Shown here piece after piece: positions 1-7,620 of a stretch of DNA of 64,000 nt (its first letter is position 1; the number at the start of each line of letters is the position of its first letter). The position numbers and the translations under genes were made by a program. The notes under the pieces are model-generated. The model saw nothing but the letters and a program-made list of their open reading frames with translations. It was not told the DNA's origin and ran no database searches. Source of the DNA: Candidatus Woesearchaeota archaeon (GTDB lineage Archaea > Nanobdellota > Nanobdellia > Pacearchaeales > GW2011-AR1); the NCBI GenBank assembly GCA_964479755.1, contig CAYZNI010000002.1, positions 5,633 to 69,632 of the forward strand, given 5' to 3'.

Positions 1-635
1 CTGTGCTTAGAGTGGAAGAAGCAATCCGTCTGGGTAGTTTGCCAAAGATTCCTGTTTACATTGATGGTATGATCTGGGATATTAACGCAATTCATACTGC
101 CTACCCTGATTTCTTGAGCGCCTCTGTCAGGAATAAGGTCTTTCAGGATGACAATCCATTTCTCTCCGATATTTTCAAGCGTATCGGCTCACCTATTGAA
201 AGAAAAGAAGTAATTGAAGGAGGGCCTTGCATAATTATTGCAACCTCTGGAATGTTAAATGGCGGCGCTTCAGTCGAGTACTTCCGCAACTTGGCAGACA
301 ATCCCAACAATCTTATAGTTTTCGGTTGCTATCAGGCGACTGGCTCTCTCGGCCGACAAGTTAAAGAGGGAGCAAAAGAAGTTTATCTTGGTGGTGATTA
401 TGGAAATGAATCTGTAAAAGTCAATCTCCGTGTAGAAACTATGTACGGGCTTTCAGCGCACTCCGGAAGAAACGAGTTAATCCAGTTCATAAACAGAATG
501 ACTCCGCGCCCCAAAAAAATAATAATAAATCACGGAGAAATTTCCAAGTCAATTGACTTAGCGTCAACAATCTATCGCGCCAATAAAATTGAAACCACTG
601 TTCCAAAAAATCTTGAAACAATTAGAATGAAATAA
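1..635 (+). CDS. beta-CASP / metallo-beta-lactamase family RNase (archaeal CPSF1-like), C-terminal part; 5' end lies upstream of the window
   Basis: ORF 3..635 carries the C-terminal beta-CASP signature (…GLSAHSGRNELIQF…IINHGE) typical of CPSF73-like RNases. There is no start codon inside the window. Confidence 0.65.
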   Translation, partial: VLRVEEAIRLGSLPKIPVYIDGMIWDINAIHTAYPDFLSASVRNKVFQDDNPFLSDIFKRIGSPIERKEVIEGGPCIIIATSGMLNGGASVEYFRNLADNPNNLIVFGCYQATGSLGRQVKEGAKEVYLGGDYGNESVKVNLRVETMYGLSAHSGRNELIQFINRMTPRPKKIIINHGEISKSIDLASTIYRANKIETTVPKNLETIRMK

Positions 636-670
636 TTTTATTTTAACTCCCCTAAAATATAATGCCCTTC

Positions 671-681
671 AATTTTTTTGT
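671..681 (+). terminator. oligo-T tract downstream of the RNase gene (archaeal-type terminator candidate)
   Basis: The sequence caattttttttgtcgg lies ~40 nt after the stop codon. Confidence 0.3.
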
Positions 682-720
682 CGGATAAGAGAGGTCATCT
701 ACTTAACTGTTTAGGGTGTA

Positions 721-1158
721 TCATTTAAGGCGTTGTGTATTTAACGGGTTTATTGCCTCTATACCTCTGACCTTCTCGAAATCTTTTTCATTTTCAGTAT
801 AAATTGTAAATACATTATTCTCAATCATTGTCGCAGCAATCACCCCATCCCAGATTGACACGCCAAATCTTTTTACTAATTCAATTGCATTTTTTATCGT
901 TTTATAATCATAATTAATCTTCGACCATTTTTCAGAACCAATAATAGAATCAACAATTTGTTGTGCTGTTTCCGAATCTAGCGGTTTTTTCATATTCCTT
1001 GTCAAAACAAAAAACAATTCAGCTAAAATTTGATTAGAAACGCAGGCTTTTATTTTTCCTGAAAAAACACCATCTAAAATTTGCGAGCATTTCTCCCTTT
1101 TTTCCTTTTCAAAATCATCATAAGCATAAACTAAAATATTCGTGTCAATTAATATCAT
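721..1158 (-). CDS. vapC: PIN-domain toxin (VapC-like)
   Basis: The N-terminus MILIDTNILVYAYD is the canonical PIN acidic motif, at ~145 aa. It overlaps the upstream small gene by 4 nt. Confidence 0.75.
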   Translation of the reverse strand: MILIDTNILVYAYDDFEKEKREKCSQILDGVFSGKIKACVSNQILAELFFVLTRNMKKPLDSETAQQIVDSIIGSEKWSKINYDYKTIKNAIELVKRFGVSIWDGVIAATMIENNVFTIYTENEKDFEKVRGIEAINPLNTQRLK

Positions 1159-1391
1159 CTTCTATGCCAGTCCTCTCTTTTTTTCGTTATCATTCCCCCC
1201 ATATTAATTCCTTTCCTCAGCAATTCCAGCCCCTCTTCAATGCTCGCCTGCTCCTTTTTCTCAGCCCATTCCTTTAAAGCTTCATTTATCGCCGCCCCCA
1301 ATTCTCCCTTTTTTTTGTTAAACCTTGCCCTTGCTAGTCTCCTAAGCTGCTCTTCTATTTTATCATCAATACTTACAGTTATAATTCCCAT
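1155..1391 (-). CDS. vapB: small antitoxin (RHH/CopG-like, VapB-type) partner of VapC
   Basis: 78 aa with N-terminal MGIITVSIDDKIEEQLRRLARARF typical of ribbon-helix-helix antitoxins. Its stop overlaps the vapC start. Confidence 0.55.
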   Translation of the reverse strand: MGIITVSIDDKIEEQLRRLARARFNKKKGELGAAINEALKEWAEKKEQASIEEGLELLRKGINMGGMITKKREDWHRR

Positions 1392-1504
1392 TCATTTACT
1401 TACATTTTGAATTATTTAAATATTACTTTTTTTAAATATTTTGTTTTTTAGATAATAGCCGTACCTCTACTAAATAATTGTAACTTCTATTAAATAATAA
1501 CAAC

Positions 1505-1519
1505 CGCAAGGTTTATATA
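1505..1519 (+). promoter_or_regulatory. BRE/TATA promoter (aaggTTTATATA) for the DGR target gene; leaderless transcript
   Basis: TATA tttatata at 1512-1519, centred ~26 nt upstream of ATG 1541. The same 13-mer occurs at 5030-5045(-) and 5078-5090(+). Confidence 0.5.
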
Positions 1520-1540
1520 GCCATAGTTTCTTAAAAAACT

Positions 1541-2341
1541 ATGACGAGAGAAATCGAACTATATGAAATTCCAGAAGTCCCGGAAAGAGCAGAAGTCTTA
1601 GATGATTCTCTTTTGCCAAAGTACAACGATTCTTTCGCTGGCTGGAACGAGCGCGCAAAAGCAACACTTGGAAAACTGGCAAGCACTAACGGCGAAATGG
1701 TTGGTTCAAGTCCTCTTATGTTTGTCCGTATGCACAATGCAGGAATTCTTCCAAATGGAAAAAGATTAGCAACAAGACAGGATTTACAAAAAGCAATTGA
1801 CATCTACGCAAAAAAATATAGCGGCGCAAGCTTTACAAAAGGAATTTACACTGATTTTGGCTTGGCATTAAGAACGGCTGGCGATTCTTATGCTCCAAAT
1901 GACAATTTAGCAAAAAAACTTTCCAAGCAATTAGAGCAAAGAGGAATCAAATTAGGCGAAGGAGTTTTAATTCCAATTTCAGCTTTGAAAGATAGCGAAG
2001 ATTCAAATGAAGCTTATGGTCTAACTCTTGATTTAAACGACTCTACAACAAAGGATACAATTAGAGATTTGAGAGATTTCAAATGGGACTTCCAAAGAAA
2101 TAAAGGACTCGCCTGTGCGTGTCGCAGCGACAGGGACTGGTACTCTGTCAACGAGGTCTTGGGCAGGTCTTACGGCGTTGGCAGGGGGGTCGTTGTTCGT
2201 GCCGCAGGCACGCCGCAAAAAATTTTGGAGCAGAAATTAACTGATTATGCCAGACAACTTGCAGAGTCAAGAGAACAATATAACAAAGGATTAATTCAGT
2301 TAAAAGCAAAGATTGATGCAGAACTGCGTTCAGCACAATAA
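1541..2341 (+). CDS. DGR variable (target) protein with the variable repeat at codons ~190-216; no signal peptide. A C-type-lectin/FGE-like fold is possible but cannot be verified from sequence alone.
   Basis: Contains VR 2109-2186, which matches TR 2500-2577 except at 15 positions, all adenines in TR. The VR segment LACACRSDRDWYSVNEVLGRSYGVGRG aligns with TR-encoded VACAYRNDRNWNSNNENLDRSNDNGRM (AAC codons diversified). Confidence 0.8.
   Translation: MTREIELYEIPEVPERAEVLDDSLLPKYNDSFAGWNERAKATLGKLASTNGEMVGSSPLMFVRMHNAGILPNGKRLATRQDLQKAIDIYAKKYSGASFTKGIYTDFGLALRTAGDSYAPNDNLAKKLSKQLEQRGIKLGEGVLIPISALKDSEDSNEAYGLTLDLNDSTTKDTIRDLRDFKWDFQRNKGLACACRSDRDWYSVNEVLGRSYGVGRGVVVRAAGTPQKILEQKLTDYARQLAESREQYNKGLIQLKAKIDAELRSAQ
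2109..2186 (+). repeat. DGR variable repeat (VR)
   Basis: 78 nt aligned to 2500-2577 with 63/78 identity. All 15 mismatches are A in TR versus G/T in VR, and there are 0 non-adenine mismatches. Codons are in the same phase in both copies. Confidence 0.85.
2198..2212 (+). promoter_or_regulatory. GC-rich hairpin (cgtgcc-gca-ggcacg) 12 nt downstream of VR, preceded by a G-run (IMH-like); DGR target-recognition element candidate
   Basis: Perfect 6-bp stem with a 3-nt loop immediately 3' of the VR/IMH-like ggcagggggg. No equivalent hairpin follows the TR. Confidence 0.5.
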
Positions 2342-2426
2342 TTATAAGTTCTAATTTTCTTATAATCTTCCTAGCCACAAAACGGCTGGGCCACACGCTT
2401 TTTTGCTACGGCTTTCTAAGAAAGTC

Positions 2427-2434
2427 ATAAAATA
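2427..2434 (+). promoter_or_regulatory. putative TATA box for the TR-RT transcript
   Basis: The sequence ataaaata lies ~70 nt upstream of the TR, so the predicted TSS (~2455) sits just upstream of the TR. Confidence 0.3.
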
Positions 2435-2499
2435 CAGCTGTGACCTCTCCTAATGGGAACGAAACAGCAGTGATATGAAGGTAAAAGAGCTAGAAGTTG

Positions 2500-2577
2500 T
2501 CGCCTGTGCGTATCGCAACGACAGGAACTGGAACTCTAACAACGAGAACTTGGACAGGTCTAACGACAATGGCAGAA
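2500..2577 (+). repeat. DGR template repeat (TR)
   Basis: Adenine-rich (26 A) copy of the VR. It lies immediately 5' of the RT start codon and inside the over-extended ORF 2475..3158. Confidence 0.85.
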
Positions 2578-3645
2578 TGACTCGGCTGGCTAGGATTATG
2601 ATGGAAAGTCTATACGAGAAGATTTATGATTTTGACAACTTGTTTTTAGCTTACAAAAAAGCGCGCGCTGGAAAAACTCGCCGCGCTTACGTAATAGAAT
2701 TTGAAAAATACTTGGAGAGAAATCTTTTAGATTTACATTTTGAACTGAAAAATAAATTTTATTCACCTCTGCCAATGCAAACTTTTATTTTGCGTGACCC
2801 GAAAACTAGAAAAATTTCCAAATCAGATTTTCGCGACAGAATTGTACATCACGCAATCGTAAACATCTTAGAGCCGATTTTTGAGAAATCTTTTATTCAT
2901 GACTCCTGCGCAAACAGAAAAGGAAAAGGAACTTTGTTTGCTATTACACAATTTGAAAAGTTTATGCGTACAGTGTCAAAAAATAATACCTCTCCTTGTT
3001 TTATCTTCAAGGCAGACATCAAACATTATTTTGAAGAAATCAATCACGAAATACTCTTGCAACTCATAAGAAGAAAAATTACAGATGAAAAAATAATTTG
3101 GCTCATTGAAAAAATCGTTAAGCCGAATTACTCTTGTAGAGAGAGAGAGAGAGAGTAATGTCGCCGCCGAAGGCGGCAGAGGAATGCCTTTAGGCAATTT
3201 AACATCACAGTTTTTCGCTAATGTTTATCTTAACAAGTTAGATAATTATGTAAAACGCAATTTGCGAGCAAAAAATTACATAAGATATGTTGACGATTTT
3301 GTAATTCTGCATAATTCTAGAAAACAGCTTCTTCTGTGGAAATTTAAAGTAGAAAATTTCTTAATTCATGAGTTGAAATTAGAACTTCATAAAGGCAAGT
3401 CTAAAATAATTTCTTTGCATCGAGGAATAGATTTCGTTGGCTTCAGGAACTTTTATTCCCACAAATTATTAAGAAAAAGAAATGTTAGAAAAATTCTAGT
3501 AAAAATTGATAATTATCACAGAAATAAACTAATGAAAGAGGAAATGTTAGAAATTTTTCAAGACTGGAACGCCTACGCAAAATGGGCAAACACTTTCAAG
3601 CTAAGAAAGCAAATTGTGCGAGAGATTTACAAAAGAAAGCAATAA
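2577..3645 (+). CDS. DGR-type reverse transcriptase; reading frame broken at the (AG)9 tract (N-part 2577..3158 in frame 0, C-part continues in the +1 frame to 3645)
   Basis: RT motifs 1-2 (SDFRDRIVHHAIVNILEP, GKGTLFAI, FKADIKHYFEEI) are upstream of the break. Motifs 3-5 (GMPLGNLTSQFFANVYL, YIRYVDDFVIL) are downstream. Removing one AG unit restores a single ~355-aa ORF. Confidence 0.8.
3138..3155 (+). repeat. (AG)9 dinucleotide tract inside the RT gene at the frameshift point
   Basis: The tract agagagagagagagagag is followed by the in-frame taa. (AG)8 would give a continuous RT. Confidence 0.9.
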
Positions 3646-3648
3646 ATA
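3641..3648 (+). promoter_or_regulatory. TATA box (aataaata) for the presenilin-like gene
   Basis: Centred ~26 nt upstream of ATG 3670. Confidence 0.4.
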
Positions 3649-3669
3649 CCCTCTTTCCTAATAAACAAA

Positions 3670-4623
3670 ATGAAGCACAACATAAAAATTACTGTTCTTT
3701 TGCTGGGTATGTTTTTTCTCACTCAGTTAATTGGGATTTTTGTTCTTTCGCAATATTCTCCCGTCACTTCTCAAGTGACGATTGACGGCAATTCAACAAA
3801 TGTTACTTCGTTTGGCTTGCCATATGGCATGGACCCTCCGCAGGATGTTCAGCCTAAAGGCACGGCGGACATTGCAATTTCTTTTGCTGTTGTTTTTTTC
3901 ATCGCAGTCGCATTGATGCTGTTTATGATGAAATACAAAGCAGACTTATTGATAAAAATCTGGTTTTTTGTCGTGGTGATTATGGCAATTGGTGTCACTT
4001 TAAACTCCTTCATAAAAAATATTCCATACTCCTCTTTAATCGTCCTCGCTCTGGCTGTTCCTCTTGCGTTTTACAAAATATTCAAAAGAAGCATCTTGGT
4101 TCATAATATAACCGAGCTGATTATCTATCCGGGAATCGCCTCTATCTTTGTCGCACTTGTTTTGTCTTGGAGTAAAAGCCCAATTTTTACAGTCTCAATG
4201 ATTTTAGTCTTAATTTCTTTGTACGACATGTATGCAGTCTGGCACTCAGGATTTATGCAGCGCATGGCTCAATACCAAATAAAAAATTTGAGAATCTTTA
4301 CTGGATTTTTCGTGCCCTATCTTGGCAAAAAAGAAAAAGATAAAATCGCTCAGCTTTCAAAAACCTCAAAGGCAAAGTTGAAAAACAAAAAAGTAAAAGT
4401 CAGCGTTGCAATTTTAGGCGGTGGAGACGTCGTATTTCCGATAATACTTGCAGGCGTCGTGTTCAACGTTCTTGGCTTAATTTCAGCATTGATTATTTCC
4501 CTCGGCGCAACTCTTGCTTTGGCTGGCTTGTTCTGGCTCTCAGAAAAAGGCAAGTTCTATCCAGCAATGCCTTTCATATCAACGGGCTGCTTTATTGCAC
4601 TGGCTGTTGCGTACTTGATTTGA
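3670..4623 (+). CDS. presenilin/signal-peptide-peptidase-like intramembrane aspartyl protease (A22 family; GxGD protease)
   Basis: Multi-pass membrane protein. It has YD in a TM helix (LISLYDMYAVW), then a long basic loop, then LGGGDVVFP (the GxGD motif) and a PAL-like motif (YPAMPF) in that order. Confidence 0.55.
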   Translation: MKHNIKITVLLLGMFFLTQLIGIFVLSQYSPVTSQVTIDGNSTNVTSFGLPYGMDPPQDVQPKGTADIAISFAVVFFIAVALMLFMMKYKADLLIKIWFFVVVIMAIGVTLNSFIKNIPYSSLIVLALAVPLAFYKIFKRSILVHNITELIIYPGIASIFVALVLSWSKSPIFTVSMILVLISLYDMYAVWHSGFMQRMAQYQIKNLRIFTGFFVPYLGKKEKDKIAQLSKTSKAKLKNKKVKVSVAILGGGDVVFPIILAGVVFNVLGLISALIISLGATLALAGLFWLSEKGKFYPAMPFISTGCFIALAVAYLI

Positions 4624-5008
4624 GGTCAGGAAAATCTCTCCCGACATTTTGAATAACCCAGTCCAAATATTCTTTCCTCACGGGACTCATCCCACCAACA
4701 GCTTCAAATTTTATCATGTCAGGCCTACTTGTTTCCCAATAAAATTTTGTTATAATTTCTTTAAAAGTTTGGTCAGTAGGGTACTTTTCGCTTTGAACGC
4801 TAGGTAGCAAAATAATGTGGCCGTTTTCAGTTAATCCTTGGTATAATCCCTGAACAACTCCGCCGCCGACGTGAACATTAACGTACTGCCCAAGATGTGC
4901 GCAATAAGGTTCTCTATCTTTTGCAAGGAACTTCGCACCCAAAAGTTTCTCCAGCTCTCTCTCTTCATTTTCATCTTCTCTCACTGCATGAAATCCAAAT
5001 TTCATCAT
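4592..5008 (-). CDS. hypothetical protein, possibly Sm-like fold; start reassigned to MMKFGF
   Basis: The segment GQYVNVHVGGGVVQGLYQGLTENGHIILLP resembles the Sm GxxVxVxLxxGxxxxGxLxxxDxxxN pattern. The TATA at 5030-5037(-) sits 26 nt upstream of ATG 5008. The ORF-track start at 5056 is a GTG inside the promoter. Confidence 0.35.
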   Translation of the reverse strand: MMKFGFHAVREDENEERELEKLLGAKFLAKDREPYCAHLGQYVNVHVGGGVVQGLYQGLTENGHIILLPSVQSEKYPTDQTFKEIITKFYWETSRPDMIKFEAVGGMSPVRKEYLDWVIQNVGRDFPDLKSSTQQPVQ

Positions 5009-5029
5009 ATTCTTTTTCTCCTTCAAGAG

Positions 5030-5045
5030 TATATAAACCTTTCTC
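5030..5045 (-). promoter_or_regulatory. BRE/TATA promoter (gagaaaggTTTATATA) for gene 4592..5008
   Basis: Same 13-mer as the promoters at 1505-1519 and 5076-5090. Centred 26 nt upstream of ATG 5008. Confidence 0.5.
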
Positions 5046-5075
5046 AAACATGTCACCTCAAAGTTACAACAATAC

Positions 5076-5090
5076 CGAAAGGTTTATATA
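5076..5090 (+). promoter_or_regulatory. BRE/TATA promoter (cgaaaggTTTATATA) for the TrmB-family regulator gene
   Basis: Centred 26 nt upstream of ATG 5113. It forms a divergent inverted pair with 5030-5045. Confidence 0.5.
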
Positions 5091-5112
5091 GTACCAATTA
5101 TGTTGTCCCTTT

Positions 5113-5895
5113 ATGATGATTAAACAAGACTTAGTGAAAAGAATCAAAGAATATTTTAATTTGAATATTTATGAAACCAAGGTATGGATTGCTCTCTTGA
5201 CTAAAGGCATCGCATCAGCTGGCGAGGTTGCCGCAATTTCAGGTGTTCCAAGGTCAAGAACATATGACGTTCTAGAGTCTCTTGAAAAGAGAGGTTTCGC
5301 CATAATCAAGATTGGCAAGCCTGTAAAATACATTGCAGTCAAGCCAACAGAAGTTCTAGAAAAAATCAAGTCTAATACTATGACGGAAGCTCAAGATAAG
5401 GTCAAAAATCTCTCTAACTTGAAAGAAACTCCTGAATATGAAGAGCTTGAAAAATTGCACAACTCTGGAATTTCCCCAATCAAGGCGACCGAAATCACCG
5501 GCTCATTGAGAGGCCGTTCAAACATAATCGCACGTTTAAGAGAATTGATTCAGTCTGCCAAGAAAGAAGTTGTTATTTCAACATCTGTTTTAGACTTTGA
5601 AGACAAGAGTCGGGCTTTATTGCCGAGCTTGGAAGAAGCTTCAAAGAAAAACATCAAAGTCCGTGTCGCATTGTCTGGCGCTCCGGAAAGAATAAAGAAA
5701 GTCGCTGCAAAGCTTGGAATCAAGCCAACACAGACAGAATCTGACGCAAAGCTTTACATTGCAGACAAGAAAGAAGTCCTGTTTATGATTACTGCAGACA
5801 ATTCAGATGAAGAAATCGGGGTCTGGCTTAATGCGCCATTCTTCGCAGAGTCAGTCTCGGGACTGATTGATATTAACTTAAAAAAGGAGAAGTAA
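5113..5895 (+). CDS. TrmB-family transcriptional regulator
   Basis: N-terminal wHTH (KVWIALLTKGIASAGEVAAISGVPRSRTYDVLESLEKRGF) typical of TrmB, with a C-terminal effector-like domain. Confidence 0.7.
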   Translation: MMIKQDLVKRIKEYFNLNIYETKVWIALLTKGIASAGEVAAISGVPRSRTYDVLESLEKRGFAIIKIGKPVKYIAVKPTEVLEKIKSNTMTEAQDKVKNLSNLKETPEYEELEKLHNSGISPIKATEITGSLRGRSNIIARLRELIQSAKKEVVISTSVLDFEDKSRALLPSLEEASKKNIKVRVALSGAPERIKKVAAKLGIKPTQTESDAKLYIADKKEVLFMITADNSDEEIGVWLNAPFFAESVSGLIDINLKKEK

Positions 5896-5999
5896 TATGC
5901 TCCTCGAAATAATTAACTTTATAATTATTTCAAATCTTGGTCTTATATGCGCGCATCTAACAGATATAACCTACTCAATAAAAATTTCAAAAATCTAAA

Positions 6000-6383
6000 A
6001 TGAAAAAAACTCTTGCAGCACTCGCACTTTCAGCATCTCTATTATTTGGAGTCTCTTGTGACAATTCTTCTCCTTATAGTGAGCCGCCAAAAATCCCGGG
6101 AACAAACCGCAGGTATCTCCACCCAAATGACCAAGTCACATACACGCTTGCCTCGCAGCCAGGTCAATTAAAAAAATACTGCGCCTCTTATCCAAAAGAC
6201 AAGTCAGAAGAAGTCCAGGTTTTTGGAGAAATAATAAGAGCTTACAATTACGCAGATGGCTCAGTAAGAATTATTGACGTGAAGCCAATCACCGAAGAGA
6301 GAAATAAGACAGTCTTTGAGGAGCAAATAAGAAGAGAAGGCTATACAGGCAGGGTTACTTTCCAGCAACCTGACAGGAACTAA
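6000..6383 (+). CDS. small secreted lipoprotein, function unknown
   Basis: Signal peptide plus lipobox-like LFGVSC. Confidence 0.45.
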   Translation: MKKTLAALALSASLLFGVSCDNSSPYSEPPKIPGTNRRYLHPNDQVTYTLASQPGQLKKYCASYPKDKSEEVQVFGEIIRAYNYADGSVRIIDVKPITEERNKTVFEEQIRREGYTGRVTFQQPDRN

Positions 6384-7596
6384 CTCCCATCTCTTTCATT
6401 ATTCCAGAATTCTTCTCCAGAAAATCTTTCAAGAAATCTTGCAAACTCCCAGTATCAAGTCTTGCAAACATTCTGCCTTCTTTCACAAATATCTTCTTGT
6501 TTTTCTTCCTGAAGTCAGAAACATTTTTCTTGTCCTCAATTAAAGGACCTCGGCGCAAAACCTCTTTCTTATGGGAAGCAGCAACAAATAATAATGCATT
6601 TTGTCCAGTTTCATAAACAAACTCGCTGTCTATTACATCAAAATATCCGTTTAAACGATTCAAAACCCATCTTGAAAACTTTTTCATTTTCGTTCCCGCT
6701 ATGTCTCCCTCCTGCCTGTCTGTCTCCAGTTTTAGCTGAACTTTCTCTCCCGAGTTTCTCTTTGAGAAACTGTCAAAATCTTTTTTCTCTAAAGCAAAAA
6801 ACTTTTCCGATGGTTTTTTGAAATACTCTCTGGCGCTCTCTTGAAATCTTGCAAGCGTTTCATAATTCAAAGCAGCTAATACATTTCTTTCTTTCCAGGT
6901 CGGATCCACCAGTATAATTGGGCTTTTAGTTTTGGCTTCATTTATTTCAATTAGCGCCTCGTCTTTCTTCTTGTAATGCTTCTTTATGTCAATCACAAGT
7001 TTCTTTTCTTTAACTTTCACTAGTTCTCGAAGCATTTTTTCAAAACTCTTGAAATTAATTATTAAACATTCAAGGGCATACCCTGAAAAACCGTTGACAT
7101 ATGATTCAGCTCCATAAACTCTCTGGGCTTTGCAAAACTTTTTAGCGATTAATATCTCTCGTCTTAATCGCTCGTTTAAATTTCTCTTTACAAAATTCAC
7201 ATGAAAATAACTCAGGTCAGTCACGTTCTCTGCATCCCTGACTTTTTTTATTTTTAGCACAGGAATAAATTCAAAATCTACATTTTCTCTTCTAAGTCTA
7301 AAATAATCCCTGCTTCCGTGGACTCTCTCGAATTTTTCTCCAGTTTTTTTTAAAACTCTATTGAGTTTGTCAGAAATTTCTTTTTCTTTTCTTTCAAATC
7401 TTACAAATATATCAACATCGTAAAAATCGCTCTTCTCCAAGGTATTCTTGCCAAAACTCCCGCCGACAAAAACCTCTGCCTTAATTTTATTTTTTTTCAA
7501 TTCCTGTTTAACCTTGGAAATAAGATCAATCAATTCACTTTTCAGCTTTTTCAGTTCTTCTTCCCCAAGAGAAAAATCCATTTTCTTCCAATTCAT
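6355..7596 (-). CDS. cca: archaeal (class I) tRNA CCA-adding enzyme
   Basis: Nucleotidyltransferase motif GGSFGKNTLEKSDFYDVDIFV near the N-terminus. Length 413 aa. Confidence 0.7.
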   Translation of the reverse strand: MNWKKMDFSLGEEELKKLKSELIDLISKVKQELKKNKIKAEVFVGGSFGKNTLEKSDFYDVDIFVRFERKEKEISDKLNRVLKKTGEKFERVHGSRDYFRLRRENVDFEFIPVLKIKKVRDAENVTDLSYFHVNFVKRNLNERLRREILIAKKFCKAQRVYGAESYVNGFSGYALECLIINFKSFEKMLRELVKVKEKKLVIDIKKHYKKKDEALIEINEAKTKSPIILVDPTWKERNVLAALNYETLARFQESAREYFKKPSEKFFALEKKDFDSFSKRNSGEKVQLKLETDRQEGDIAGTKMKKFSRWVLNRLNGYFDVIDSEFVYETGQNALLFVAASHKKEVLRRGPLIEDKKNVSDFRKKNKKIFVKEGRMFARLDTGSLQDFLKDFLEKNSGIMKEMGVSSCQVAGK

Positions 7597-7620
7597 AAAA
7601 AAACAAAGAATCCTGCACTT

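Noticed and set aside
2033-2396. Minus-strand ORFs 2033..2218 and 2148..2396 overlapping the VR
   Set aside because: Antisense shadow ORFs of the target gene. No independent support.
2475-2577. ORF-track start of the RT at 2475 (MKVKELEVVACAYRNDRNWN…)
   Set aside because: This N-terminal extension is simply the TR read in frame. The RT proper most plausibly begins at ATG 2577, with the TR as untranslated template upstream.
3138-3155. (AG)9 tract or the intergenic repeats as CRISPR
   Set aside because: There are no regularly spaced direct repeats with unique spacers anywhere in the window and no cas genes.
3582-3785. Small plus-strand ORF overlapping the RT end and presenilin-like start
   Set aside because: Out-of-frame overlap with two supported genes. 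No motif.
3670-4623. Assigning the GxGD protease as the missing prepilin peptidase of the pilus locus
   Set aside because: The motif order YD(TM) then long loop then GGGD then PAL-like fits presenilin/SPP (A22) better than A24. Kept only as an alternative in the findings.
5022-5093. Inverted 13-mer pair as a transposon terminal inverted repeat
   Set aside because: Each copy sits exactly 26 nt upstream of a start codon and the same motif precedes gene 1541. It behaves as a promoter, not a mobile-element end.
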